This document shows, one piece after another, positions 11,275 through 23,900 of a DNA stretch of 64,000 bases. Under the pieces are notes generated by a model. It searched no databases. It had not been told where the DNA came from and saw nothing but the letters and a program-made list of their open reading frames with translations. Each line of letters opens with the position of its first letter. Position 1 is the stretch's first letter. A program made the position numbers and the translations under genes. The DNA is from Rhizodiscina lignyota (Eukaryota), in contig ML978121.1 in NCBI GenBank assembly GCA_010015805.1, forward strand, positions 186,001 to 250,000. The letters are read 5' to 3'.

Positions 11275-12684
11275 ATGAAGCAGCCGAAGAATAAAGCAAA
11301 ATATAACAAACGCAAAAATGCGCCCACCTCCGAGAAGGGCGCCGCTCCCACGCCGAAACCCGTCCCCAAACCCTCGAAATACGGCACTCCAAATCGCCAG
11401 GTCATGGATCTCGTTTTCAACTTTCTGAAGCAATATGGCTACAGCAAAGCTTGCCACGGCATTCGACACGAGACGCAGAGGCGAGAAGCACTCGGAGGAT
11501 ACACCAAGCCAGCGAGCTGGACTGGTCGAAGCAAAGGACTGCCGGGGCTAGAAAACATGTTCAAACAGTGGCAGAAGCGCGAAAAGAAGGTCATTTCACA
11601 TGGTGCGATAGATGGTGCTGGAGGCGATCAGGCAGCTATTGAGGCGGAGGAGGAGGATAGTAGCACGTCAAGCAGCTCTGGAGATGAAACCGATGATGAA
11701 TCCACAGACTCAGACGAATGGGAAAGCGATGCCAGTGACAGCGACTCCAATGAAGAAGGCGCAGAACCAGAGACAGCAGCACTCACATCAACTAAGTTGA
11801 CGATGGAAGCTGGGACGCCAACTTCACCGAACAATGTGGACAGCGATGTTGTGAACGCATTGAAAAGAAAGAGATCGTCTTCAAGTTCATCTTCAGAAGT
11901 CTCCACTTCGTCGGCATCAGATGAATCGGAGTCATCTTCCGAGGAGGAGTCGCTCGACGAACCACAGGCGAAGAAAATAAAGCAAGGTTCTAGCGTCTCT
12001 AACTCTGCGAGTGAAACATCATCGGCTGCGAGCTCCTCTGACGCCTCCTCATCGGGTGACAGTGACGACAAAGGCGAATCTAGCGATGCATCTGAGGAGG
12101 ATACGAAAGCTGGAAAGTCAACCAGGACGAACGTCGACAACGTCCCGAATCCAAAAGCCCAACGAAACTCCAATGGTTCGGACAGTAGCAGCAACGCCTC
12201 ATCTGACTCAAGTTCGCAATCAGACGACGGAAGTTCGGATTCGGAGTCTGAGAAATCCGCTCCAACACAGCCGACAACCACTGGAAACAATTCTGCCGAC
12301 GAGCAGAAGGCCTCTTCTGATTCCAGCGTAACATTAGCAAAGGCTTCTCCCGAATACCAACCTCCAATTGCCGGGGCAAAGCAATCCAAAGGAAAACGCA
12401 AACTCTCAACGTCACCCGACACGAGCGCACAAGATCAGAACCCGGCAAAGATTCCCAAGAAAAAGAATACGCCATTCAGTCGTATTCCAGACAACGTGAA
12501 GGTAGATCCTAGATTTGCAAGCAACGAATATGTGTCATATGATTATGCAGACCGTGCGTATCAGGATTTGAGCGTCACGAAAGGAAAGGGATTCACGAAA
12601 GAGAAGAACAAGAAGAAGAGGGGAGCGTACAGAGGCGGAATGATTGACATTCATGGCACAAAAAGCATCAAATTCGATGACTGA
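11275..12684 (+). CDS. SRP40: SRP40/Nopp140 (NOLC1)-like nucleolar Ser-rich protein
   Basis: LisH-like segment VMDLVFNFLKQYGYSKA, alternating Ser/acidic and basic tracts, and the SRP40 C-terminus PFSRI..YADRAYQDLSVTKGKGFTKEKNKKKRGAYRGG..SIKFDD. Confidence 0.9.
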   Translation: MKQPKNKAKYNKRKNAPTSEKGAAPTPKPVPKPSKYGTPNRQVMDLVFNFLKQYGYSKACHGIRHETQRREALGGYTKPASWTGRSKGLPGLENMFKQWQKREKKVISHGAIDGAGGDQAAIEAEEEDSSTSSSSGDETDDESTDSDEWESDASDSDSNEEGAEPETAALTSTKLTMEAGTPTSPNNVDSDVVNALKRKRSSSSSSSEVSTSSASDESESSSEEESLDEPQAKKIKQGSSVSNSASETSSAASSSDASSSGDSDDKGESSDASEEDTKAGKSTRTNVDNVPNPKAQRNSNGSDSSSNASSDSSSQSDDGSSDSESEKSAPTQPTTTGNNSADEQKASSDSSVTLAKASPEYQPPIAGAKQSKGKRKLSTSPDTSAQDQNPAKIPKKKNTPFSRIPDNVKVDPRFASNEYVSYDYADRAYQDLSVTKGKGFTKEKNKKKRGAYRGGMIDIHGTKSIKFDD

Positions 12685-13323
12685 AATTCTAGATTTACAG
12701 AATTGTCGGCTAATTGAACATTAGTCGTTGGGGTTGAGGAGCCTCATATTTGCATCGAGCTTCGACAGGGCTTCCGAGCATGTAAATTCCCTTAGAGCTA
12801 AGAACAAATGTCTATGAGCGTGCGCTTCAGAATTTCACGATCTAGCCAAGTCCAAAGATACTTTCTCTCCTCTTAAGCCGCCGTGTATGTTCGTTGCTGC
12901 TTCACCACTTGCCGCCAATATATTAAACTCTCAACGGCGTACAACGCATCGAGACCACGGTACGACAGGGCTTAGGAGGAGCGACGTATCATGGACATAG
13001 TGGGGTTTGTGATACATCCATGCAGATGAATTGAGTGGAAAGATTCTCTTTGTCGATTGGGAAGGATCGGAGATATGAGATACATATGAGATGGTATATC
13101 GAGACTCTGTTGTTCTCGGGATTGGATATTTCCTTTCCGCAAGTTGACCAGGACGAGAGGAAGGATAGAAGCTCTCTTATATTGAACAGACCGAATGACT
13201 TGTACACGAACGCAAATGCCTCAAAAGACACTGAATATGTCGTTTAACATCCAGGGAAGTCTACTCATCAACGCCCCCACCCCAGAGATTCTCCAATTTC
13301 GACAAAACCTGCAAAAGTCTATT

Positions 13324-14505
13324 CTATTGGCTCTTTGCTGTTAACGCTTGCGGTGCTCCCTTTTGTTCTCCAGACTGTAAAATCTTCTCGATAACCTCCA
13401 CATCCAGCGTAGCCTCCCGAGGGCTCAGCAGGGGGTCCGGTTCTCCGCTGAGGATGCTCTTTGCAAAGGCGTCCACCTCCTCTTTGACGCCACTCGACTT
13501 CTTGAAATCGATCTTGTCCTCAGCTCCCTTTTTCTTGACGATGACATCCACAGGCGTTGCTGCCACAGCACCATTCGTCATTGCAATCTCCATCTGTGCG
13601 CCGAATCGCACAGGTGATGCCCAAGTTGCGCTGAACGTGCCTGTTGTGCCACTGCTCGTTTTCATAGTTGCATTCACCGTGTCGACTAGGGGCAGATTAT
13701 CGTCGACCAGATTTGTGAATGCTGAAAGCTCCGCTAGTTCTTCGCCTGCTGCTGCGAGGAGCATCCGGATTCCAGCAGCATAGTGCACGCCGCCATCAAG
13801 CACGAAGCCTCCTTGGAATTCCGGGGTCTTGCGCCTGTGGATGACATGATCGTCAGCTCAATGCCAATTTAGTGCTCGGAACGACAGCAATAGGGGATCA
13901 GGAAGTATACCATTCTGTATGATAATACTCGCTAGATTCAGACATAAATCCAAATACCTCGAGACGAAACGTGACCAACTTCCCTCCATTCTGCTTCATC
14001 TCTTTCACTAGATCCGCTGCTTTCAGAAACGGCGCATAGTACCGCCAATTCTCTGCAACGCCCCATATTGGCTTCTGCGGAGAGCTGTACGCCTCGTACC
14101 ACTTGGTAAGCTCAAGGGCGTCCTTGACATCACGAGCAATTGGTTTCTCGCTCAGCACGTGCTTGCCCGCTTCAATGCATTGCTTGACTATGGCAGGCTG
14201 ATTATTGATTGGAAGAACCACAATGACGGCTTGAATGTCACTTCGTGAAAGAAGGGTCTTCAGCGTGCGATCTGAAGTGGGAGGATTGTCGAAGTAAACG
14301 CCGACAGACGAGTCGGAGACGACCGATTGTGCCGACTTCTCTGAGCGTGAGTAGACCGCTTTCAGTTCAAGGTCTGAACATGCTTGAACGGCGGGAAGAT
14401 GTTCTAAAGTATGATTAGATCTGTGATTGCCACACTTGCAAAATTTGATAATGCACCTGTTTTGGCAAATATGCCGGCACCCAGAATCGCAATGCCAATC
14501 GCCAT
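13324..14505 (-). CDS. Gfo/Idh/MocA-family NAD(P)-dependent oxidoreductase
   Basis: Rossmann start MAIGIAILGAGIFAKT|EHLPAV, AGKHVLSEKP motif and GGFVLDGGVHY. Two GT-AG introns (~14404-14456, ~13835-13909). Confidence 0.92.
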
Positions 14506-14889
14506 CGTGTACGCGAACCCGGAGGTGGTTACTGAATGGGTTATCTGGAAATGAGTGGGATTTTGAGATATCTGGAGGGAGTTGATAAGAGAAGAAGAAA
14601 AATTAAATTCAGTATACGAACTTGCGTGCTATGCACGGGAAGGTGTCCACAGTGGGGCGATCGCTTTCAACAAAAGTTGAGACCAAAATTCTGCTCCTTG
14701 AATCGAGCCAAGACACGCTCAGGATTATTTAATGAAGAACATGTCATATTGATATAATGCTAGATCGTCCATAACTGTACGCTGGTCCTCCAGTTGGAGA
14801 GGTGAAAGCAATCTGCTCTGCATCATCTTCAACGTTCGGAGAGTATCGTTATTTATCCTCTAAGACTTGATGTTCTATGTGCAGCCACA

Positions 14890-15200
14890 AAGTCCTTTGC
14901 GTGATAAGCTTGCACTTGATTGTTATCGGGATGTACTTATCGCTTTTGCGCCGACTTGGGAAATTTCGTACATTTACGCGTAGCATCATCTTCCAATCCC
15001 TCCCGACAGCTTAGAGAGGTATTTATTATCTCAAGTTTATATATGTATGCAGTAAACTCTCGTATATACAGATCTTTTATTCGATTATCTACAGAATCTG
15101 CCCAGTACGCTTGCGCTGACTTGACAAATCTCGTGGGTTTACACGCACTGCCTCTGGCGTTTCGCTCAGGACTAGCGACGGAGCAAATATTCCCTAAGGC
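14890..15200. repeat. Degenerate ~55-bp-subunit tandem array (locus 2)
   Basis: Subunit starts at 14906 (aagcttgcacttgattgtt), 14961 (aaatttcgtac), ~15016, 15071 (gatcttttattcgattat), 15126 (aaatctcgt) and 15181, in an exact 55-bp register. It shares cagaatctgc..cttgcgc.gactt with locus 1. Confidence 0.7.
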
Positions 15201-15329
15201 TTCTCCCACGCACATCGCGAAGTGTACTACGCCTTAAGCTGCTACCCCGCTAATATTCGGTTTGTAAAGCTGTATTCTCACCCATGAAAGGTGAGGTTCT
15301 TGTCCGTCGCGTATGCACGACTGAATCCA

Positions 15330-17300
15330 GGTCCAGATCTCGCGTGGCGATTGTCATATGTCAATTGACATTACAATGATGGTCTGCAATGTTGAGAGTC
15401 GAAACGGGAAGTTATCCCGCTGCTGGGTACCTGGCTTCAGTCGGTTGGTGTTGATTATTTTATATTGTGCGGGTCCTCCTGTTTGGAAGACTTTCTCTGG
15501 TTCTCTGGCCCATTGTGATGACATGTTCGGCTTCGCTGCCATGATGAAGGTAAGCCCACGCTTGCCATATTTGTCGATGCGTGAAATAAGATCTGAGTCT
15601 AGTCTAAGACGGAGGTTGTTCATGTGTAAAATAGCTAGTGACGACGACGCAGGCTTGCCCATTGCTGCGCCATCAGCGACGATGCATGCCCTGATGTCCC
15701 TGTTTTCTAGACATCTAACGATATGGAGGATCGCAATCAGTTGATGATATCGGATTGATGCATGTCCAATGGGAGCCGTGTTGGCCAGGCGTCGTCTCGT
15801 CTCGTCAACTCAACCTGCAATTCTTTGATGGTAGTGTCTAGGCTTATACCGCCGTCAAAGTCCGGGGTCGTTGTCCTGAACTACGTAGAGCCAGTTAGCA
15901 CAGCACTAGACATTATGTTCGCACAACACAATCACATACAATGTCCCTACGCTCTCCGCCATTCGGCGCTCGGTCGGTTGGTGGAAGAGTGCGATCGGAT
16001 CTCTAGCCTCGGCGATGACTTCGACTTCCGTACTCTCCTTCAAAGGCATCAGACAGTAATGCCGTGCTCTTTCAAATAAGTCACCTTCTTTCTGAATCGA
16101 GGCGTCTTGGTACATCTGCCTAGGTACCAACATTTTCGTTAGGTGATGGAGTGGGTCATCCAAGTATTGGCAGCCGGAAGCCTCGAACGACAGTTCAGCT
16201 CTAGTATGTCTGTCCCAATCCGCCTTGTTGAAAACTCGCGGATCTGTTGCATGTCAATCACGATTGAAAAGAGTTGATTGAAGGAAGGAAGCTCACTACA
16301 GGAAGTGTGAGATATTACACAGTGGCAAATGGCCCTAAGGCTAAGCGAACACCTCTGACATTACATCCGCTTTTCAGGCGTCGTCTCCGCCATCGTATAA
16401 TAATAGTCTTAGCCACTAAGACTTAAGTAAAGCTCGGGCTGCTCCTTCTAGTCGGAGCTTTCTGCGGCGACAACCTTCAAGCCCCAAGGGCGGACTGTCG
16501 GCTAATCATCGAAGACATCGAAGACGAGACTCAAAGTCACCCCTCGCAATTTCGGCCAATTTCCAGTTCTCTGGCACAGCAACTCCTGGGCAGAGTTCTT
16601 TCACCCTCTTCGACGGTTGCCAGCCTATGCCATACGCAAAGGCATATCTCACGGACCTGATGAAAGCCAGGATAGTCTGGATATGGATGGAGGTCCCTTT
16701 TCGGTACGTGGCGACGTTTACCGGCAACGATATGGTAGTCGATGATTACGAGTGTGAGCCAAGAGTACCAGTCGACCGTCGAAAGTTCCTGTGTGATGGT
16801 CGAGTTATGCCGTTCTTGGGATAAGAGGTTATTGTAACTTTGGACCGCGGCCGTCACTTGCGTGATTACGGTCTCCCAACGGAACCCTTTGTGGCCTTTG
16901 CTCTTCTGAATCAACTCGCGGTGAAATCGCGTAAAGGCAAGCTTTATCGGTTGGAAGTTGATAATCTCGTCGACCAGGCTTGTCGCCGAATTTCCGGTGC
17001 CCCAATGGGTGACAAACATATCAATCAGTTCTGCTCTCGTTGCGTTCCTGGGAATCTTTACTCGGAGATTTCTTATGACGGCAGACGGCACGAACACTGT
17101 ATCGTCTAGTGTTGTCTCCACAAGAGCAGCGCCGCCGATCTCGAAATTTGCCCACCTTACGAGGTCCAGGCCCCCCATATTACTGACAGGATCAAGTAAT
17201 CCTTGGTATCGATAGGCAATGGCACGGGCAGTGTCGCGCCGACGAATATCGTAGGGGAATGGTACCCAGAAAGGTAGTGAGATCGAGAATGCACACTGTA
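15330..17300 (-). pseudogene. Decayed multi-exon gene with a possible SNF2/SF2 helicase-like motif I relic
   Basis: Successive ORF fragments in changing frames (16537-17178, 15906-16163, 15354-15760) with intron-like GT..CTAAC..AG segments. One fragment reads IRYHQLIAILHIVRCLENRDIRACIVADGAAMGKP, resembling SNF2 LRPYQ...GCILADEMGLGKT. Confidence 0.45.
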
Positions 17301-18036
17301 TTTGGCGTAGCAGTTCATGGCTCTGAAAATGCCTTCAATCTCGGAGAGTCGAACACGTCACGCTCGCATGCGCAGTCAGGCAGCAATGCTCGCTAGGTAG
17401 TGAGAGTGAATCAGAACATGTTTGCACACTTGCTGAGGCGTGAGGATAACATACCCTGCTGGCGCACTTCTTCGCTATGTATTGGTGGATGATACGCAAA
17501 AGTCCGGATTTAACGCGCGAGCTTTTTGTAGCTGCCAGAAACACCCGATGAAGCTTGTGGAGGAAAGAAGAGATAGTGCCGTATGAGGCTCGTGGTAGGA
17601 ATGAGCTTGGAAAATGGAGCGAGACTCAATAATACAGAGTCCGTTGCAAGCGTAATAGTAAATGATCAAGTCGGAGACGCGTGTTTGAGAAGGCTTCTAC
17701 CCTTAATTTACTTGTTTGCTTGGTAGTAGGTTGCATCGAGCAAAACCTACCTTCTCCTTATTGTTCACGGATAGCTAGATTATAGTTCGAGCTAAGTGGG
17801 TCATTTCTTCTGCTTTAGCGTACCTGGTTTTCAGTTGCTCCTTGATCTTCCACAATCGGTTGTTGGCCAGCTAATTGACTGGCACATTACATATCCAGTC
17901 CTGTTTCATTCGCTATTTGAGCGATTCGTAAGTTAGAAACGACTTGGGAAGTTCGAGCCGATAAAATGGGACAGGTTTTCCCGTCAATGGTTCAAACTCT
18001 TTGGTCTGAATGTTGTCAAAGCGGTGTCCTGTCTGA

Positions 18037-19245
18037 TCAACCTGCGGCCCACAACTTCTTCATCGGATAAGCAGTTTCTGGATCCATATGCTTCTGAGAT
18101 GCTAGCGATGAGCGGGGATGTAGTTCTGAGGGGCTGGAAGCCTCATCCGGTTCCGTAATTGGAACCTCAATCCTGCGAGAGATCCGTCGACCATGTCGGT
18201 CACATTCCAGACCTGCACACTGCATAATAGCCCATCGAAGACTATCTATACCCATTTTTTGCACATGCGTATGCTTTCTACCACTGCCTGCGCTGACCGT
18301 CAAGATGTCCGCAAGGACAGTGTTTCCCTTTCTCTCCATGGTGATTTCGTCATATATCTCCTGCTGGCGGTCCTTCACAGTCTGCATCCCCTTTGTCAGG
18401 AAACTTGCGTCGGTTTTCGAGGTGGTACCACTCGGAAACAACAATTTGTCGGCCTTTGTCAAGATGATCTGATGCGGCACGCCCGATTCCCGCATCATGT
18501 TCAGGACGTCACGGTCGTTTGGCTTCAACCCACGCGTGATATCCACCAGCAGGAATGCTCTTCTCAATTGTTTTCGGACAGACAGATATTTCATGATTTG
18601 ACGTCCCCACTCTTCCTGACTTCTGGCACCATATCCTGGCATGTCTACAACGACAAGTCCGCCTTTTCCACACCATCTGCTCGGTCCTACCCACTCCACC
18701 TTTTTACCATCCTTCCATTCGGAATTCTTCACATTTACAATTTGCGGTCCTATCATAAAAGCGACCATTTCCTTCGTATGTCCTGGTATCTTGCTCGTAC
18801 GCGCTAGAACCTCCCGCTGGTACCCTCGAAAGACAGCATTGGCCAAGGAGCTCTTCCCTACGTTGCTCATACCCAGAAGAGCAATCTCAGGTGTGTCGGA
18901 CTTAGGAAAGAAGCGAAATGAGGGAAAGGAGGCGAGAAAGTTGGGAGCATGCTTGTGGAAGAATTTGGACGCGTAATCGAGCTGTGCCGTATTGGGAGGC
19001 TCGAGTACTTTGTAAAGATTGAGGTTGCGTTCAGACAATATTCTCTCAGGGCTGTGGGTTCGTGGTTCGCGCTCTTCTGATGCTCGTTCTGCTGCAGAAG
19101 TTTTGGAAGGTGACGACGGGGAAGGACGAGCGTGGGAGGACGAGGCTGAGGCGCTCACAGAGCGATTGAAGACAATTGGAAGGAAAAGTGCATTCTTCAA
19201 GCATCGGTTGCAAACGAATGGACGGAAATTCTGACAAGAGGCCAT
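18037..19245 (-). CDS. EngB/YihA (YsxC)-family GTPase, probably mitochondrial (MRX8/GTPBP8-like)
   Basis: PEIALLGMSNVGKSS (G1), SKIPGHT (G2), VVDMPGYG (G3), ILTKADK (G4). The N-terminus is Arg/Ser-rich and presequence-like. Confidence 0.92.
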   Translation of the reverse strand: MASCQNFRPFVCNRCLKNALFLPIVFNRSVSASASSSHARPSPSSPSKTSAAERASEEREPRTHSPERILSERNLNLYKVLEPPNTAQLDYASKFFHKHAPNFLASFPSFRFFPKSDTPEIALLGMSNVGKSSLANAVFRGYQREVLARTSKIPGHTKEMVAFMIGPQIVNVKNSEWKDGKKVEWVGPSRWCGKGGLVVVDMPGYGARSQEEWGRQIMKYLSVRKQLRRAFLLVDITRGLKPNDRDVLNMMRESGVPHQIILTKADKLLFPSGTTSKTDASFLTKGMQTVKDRQQEIYDEITMERKGNTVLADILTVSAGSGRKHTHVQKMGIDSLRWAIMQCAGLECDRHGRRISRRIEVPITEPDEASSPSELHPRSSLASQKHMDPETAYPMKKLWAAG

Positions 19246-19646
19246 GCCGGTCTGCACAAGACAGTTGGGGAGGGCGAAGCTCTGAAAATACCTAGCTTTT
19301 CAATGATGAATGCGGAGCTCGAGAAATTCTAACCAATCACGGCCACCAACGGACGGAACCACGGTCCCATCGCATCATGCAAACGGCCATGAAGACGTTC
19401 GCTAGTTCTTACTGTGAGAGTTAGCGATTTCGTTGCATTAGGGCAGATTCACAGAATTTATGCAACTCAGGAGTTAGTAGGCTTCTTGACGCGCCTTGCC
19501 GTGAGCAAGACATATTAGAGAGGATTATCATTACGAGGGATTTTCAGTCGCATCCGACTTGAGACCGGGCGCTTGGCACAACTATTTGTCGCGACGATTG
19601 AATCCAGCAGACATTTCCACCTCGATAGCATCAATCGTCTCTCACA

Positions 19647-20009
19647 ATGTCCGCGCATACGCCAACACTGCGTTCCCTCTATCGTCGAATCCTCCGCGAA
19701 CTCCCATCCCGCTCACACAATCAACCGCGCGGCCAGTCACTCCTTTCCAGTCCGTCTCCGCTCCAGCGCCATATACGCTCGTCTTTTACATCCGGTGCCG
19801 CCGAGAACGACGCAGATGCTGCATTGCCCCGGATCCAAGAAGCAGAGCAGTTCATAAAGTACATTCAGGCGCAGAGACTGTATGTGACATTGGTGGAGAG
19901 GTACAACCCAGGAATGAACATGAATGAGGAAGAGAGGGTTCGGTTGTCGGCCAGGAGAGTGGGGATGGATTTACCGGTGGAAGTGAACGATGGGAAGGAG
20001 AAGAGCTGA
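19647..20009 (+). CDS. FMC1: Mitochondrial ATP synthase assembly factor Fmc1 (LYR-motif protein)
   Basis: LYR motif LRSLYRRILREL and C-terminal QRLYVTLVERYNPG..EEERVRLSARRVGMDLP, typical of Fmc1. Confidence 0.9.
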   Translation: MSAHTPTLRSLYRRILRELPSRSHNQPRGQSLLSSPSPLQRHIRSSFTSGAAENDADAALPRIQEAEQFIKYIQAQRLYVTLVERYNPGMNMNEEERVRLSARRVGMDLPVEVNDGKEKS

Positions 20010-20925
20010 GAGGCCAGGGAGCCCGAGGATATGCGCAGTCTATTGCTGCACCATATCGTTGCAGCTCCGATGGATGCAATTGGCAATATGGCGAAACCAT
20101 CGGCCCAAACCCTCACTGTCACTGCTGCACCGCACAGTGGTTGCTATGGGATATGGTCTCGGAAGTGGCTATATCACCAGCGGCCTTCCACTGGCAATGG
20201 GCGTCGCATCAACCTGGCTCGGGGAAGACCAAAAGCTCGAGACTTCAATCCTCTTACGACGACCTGTTACTCTGTAGAGCCCCTTTTTACTCTCCTCATA
20301 GAGGTTTGTCATAAGGTCTGCAGTTGGGGTTGTGTTTCCTGCACAGTCTTTTTGTAGAGGCCTAGGATTTGGTCTCAACCATAGTATCGCAAACATGCTG
20401 TTGAACCCAACCGATCATCCACCTCATTTACGCGGCTGTGTCCGTGACCATCGATCTACCGAAGTTTGGATCTTCATGGACACATGAGTGTCTGGAAAAT
20501 GATTTGGCCGTTTGTGTGGCTCACCATCTCTGTCACCCTTCTGCCTGGAAAGTGGTAACGAATTCAAGAGATACCCGCTAGTTTTCATTAGAAGCCAAAG
20601 TTTAGCGTACATGAGGTTCCCAATGCCCAGCCTGATTTGTGAAAGTGGAGAGGAAGCGAAAACTCCATGACCACTTCTGTGGGGTTCCCATGTGTCGCCG
20701 CTCCAACGAAACGGACTCAGGATAGAGTCCCTCAAATGTTTGAAGCCGTGCCTTCAAGAAATCCCAGTTTATTCCCAACTCGGCAAAAGTGGTGTAGCCA
20801 AAAGGACTCAAAACCCCAGATCCCATGGATTTAGCGCACATCCTACCTTGAAAGCCAACCATAACGCTCATGTCTTCATTCTGTCCATAGTAGCTTGAAA
20901 ATGAGAACACATCCCTTCTCGAAAA

Positions 20926-23900
20926 CTACTCCTTGGGTTCAACTTTCACAGGGTCCTTCAGGCCCAACCAACTCTTCTCTTCCTTCTCAGCTGCTTCAAG
21001 TAAATCATGGACGGTGCCAGCCATTGTATCCCTCGCAGGCTTGACCAATGCCTGGAGTTCGTCGCAAAGTTGACGTCCTTCCTCGGAGTCCACAGCAACT
21101 CTAGCGTAGACATCTTGGAGATGGTCGCGGATCTCATTAAACGAATCGACGACACTTTTAATAACGCACTGAGTGCGCAGCGTCCGAGAAGCAGTGCTTT
21201 CGTCATGGAGTCCGCTCGGAATGCTTTTGAAAACATTGTCTTTTGACGTGAGAGCTTTGAGAAAGATGGTTTTCCGCTGATCGTGAGCCTTTGTGCCTGA
21301 TTAATGTTAGAGAAGAGGGAGTTGTGAGTTGAGGAATTCATCTACCTGTGATCTCCATGCAGTCTTCGTAAACCTCGGCCATGCGTGTCGACAAGTATGC
21401 GCCACCTTCGTCATGAAGCGCCTTGTTTTGGATGTTACTGAAGTGCGTTAGCAGTAGAACGAAGTACAAGACCGAATCGTCTTACACGAAATCTTCTTGA
21501 AGGCCAGCTCCGATTTCCTCGATCTCTCTTTGCAAGCCTGCAGAATGTATAGAAATGCTGTTGTAGAATTCCACGAGGCATTCTGCGTTGCCAGCGGGAT
21601 CGTCTAGAAAGGAAATTAGTCCAAGTCTAAGCGTCGAGTGTGAAAAGTCTAACCTTTGAACCGCTTCTTCAGTTTATCAAGAGCCGTCCTAGCAGCGTTG
21701 ATGAATTTGACAGTCCAATCGCTGCAGCTTTCGCACAAGTCGTCAAGAGACACCGTGAAATCCTTTCTGACAGCGTAAAGGAGCTGGTCGTTCATGTTAA
21801 GATCTTTGACCTTAGCGGTGCTGTGTTTTCCATATTTCCTTATAAACGCTCTGAAGGTCGCCGCCGGCATCTATGCTCTGTCAGTATCATGATCCCATAT
21901 GCGGGCATCAAATTCAACCGCACCTTTGCATGTACGAACCACCCCTCTTCACACTTCCGCTTGGCAACTTTGGTCCAGTATATCTCCTTCTTGTCTAAGA
22001 CCTTGTCAGTGTGCTCTTCGAAATGTGTCTGTTAATGAAAGCTACTCACTCATCTCATGAACAATGTTTGTCACTGGATTCTTAATAAGCTCCTCTGTGA
22101 GAGTGTCTAAGGTGTTTAGGAGGTCCTGGGAGACGTTAGATAATGCTCGGACTTCGATCATGTTGGAAAATACAATACCTTCTGGGTTGCGTTGATGAGG
22201 TTGTCCCAGTTTTCCTTCCGCTCCAAAGCGTTCACGTTACATAGTGACTCAACCTTGTTAAGGAGGGCCTGAACCGTGGAATGACAGTAACCCCTAAAAC
22301 GCTGGAACTTCACGCCGGCTGGCAGCTTGAGCAAATGTGTCCGCAAGTCTGGAATATTAGTACCCTGTACGGACAAGGGCGGAGCGTCGATCTTGTCGAA
22401 GCTACCACTAAGGTAAGTGTCGTAGTGCTTGTTCGAGACGCAGAAGACTTTGAGACTGCCCTTCGCTCGTGGAATTTCTTTCCACTTTGCCATCATTCGG
22501 TTTGTCACCTTCGCATTGCGGGCGGTAATGGCAATTTCTTGCAAGCTGAGAAAGTTAGCAATTGTCCTAGTTTCTCACTCATGGACGTACCGATTCTCGC
22601 ATTGCTTTTTTTCGAAATCTGTGGCGATAGGATTAGCTTTGGGAAATAGCAGGACGAGGGTGCAAACGAACTGAGCTTTGGTCTTCTGGTCCGTAAGATC
22701 AACCACGATGTCAGAGTCCTGCTGTTGTTTGGCGGCGCGGATACTCTTCTCAAGCTCTTTGAGATCTGCACTGATGACAGAAATTTCTTTTGACGCTCGT
22801 GCCCACTCCAATTGCTGCTCGCCTTTCAAGTACTTGGGCGCGGTGTTCAGCTCTTTCTATGCCAGGGTTAGTGCACAAATCAGTTGGTACGCAGACAATT
22901 CTTACATCTGAATTGGTGCAGACGAGGATGGTCTTGTTTATGCCGTGAACACGCGCTGCTCCTTGCAGGTGCTCATCCACTGTTGTATCTGTTTCCGCTC
23001 GTGTGATATCGCACACGATGATGCGATGAGAACAGTCCCGGAGAGTTTGGTACGTCGTCTCGACACGAAGTCGATTCGTATCAGTCGTTCCGGGAAGATC
23101 CATGAGCTTTATGCCTGCCTCGAGGAGCCTATGTGAGAAATGAATAGTCACTGACAGGACCCATGGCCAGAAGCAAGGCTCGCTCTCCTCGGGGATGAAA
23201 ACTGAATCTTCGTCAGCCATTTCCTTCCTTGTGGTAAATGGCTCAATCATCGTCATCAGAGTTGAGACGGAATCAGCATCCATAACAATGTTGCCATTGT
23301 CATGCTCGATCTTGTTCCACAAATTTTCCGTCATCGTATCAAGCTGCTCCATGATATCAGACTCGTGGTCCGCGGATTTGGAGAGGAGGAACGCTCGCAC
23401 GGCCCTGTAATTCTTGAATTCATCATGCTCCGAAAATAGGGTCGTCAAGTTCTCAATGGCGGTCTGAGCGTCTAACTTTCCATCAGGATCCTCGCCTTCT
23501 GTCTCATTGAGAGTTTGGTCAATCTCTTCATGCTCAATGTCGTCTTCATTGTCGCTATCCACAGCTCCGCCGTTAGGCAAATAGGCGCGTGCGTATCGAA
23601 TAAACTTCTTCGCCTGATTCTGCACCATGAGTTTGCATCCTGCCAGACTTTGAAGTTTAATCAGGGCCGAGAAGTCTTTGCCTTGCATTTCTGAGGCTGA
23701 GGCATAGCCTTGGATGACAGTCGTACAACTCCCGCCGCCGTTAGCCTTTACCAATGTCAGTACATATCATGAACAGTCATGAACGGGGCCAGTGTCCTCA
23801 CCACCGATGCAATCTCCTCTACACCGAGAAGATTGTTGAGCAGCGACGATTTGCCAACACCAGAACCACCGACGAGACCAACCGTGACCCTTGCACGATT

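Noticed and set aside
15845..15880. SGQRPRTL, resembling the catalytic Arg motif of a tyrosine recombinase (Crypton/Starship captain)
   Set aside because: It is followed immediately by stop codons, no other YR motifs are present, and an alternative frame reads through better.
20400..20910. ORF fragments downstream of the dynamin-like GTPase
   Set aside because: Short, in different frames and without a recognisable motif; possibly a relic but unsupported.
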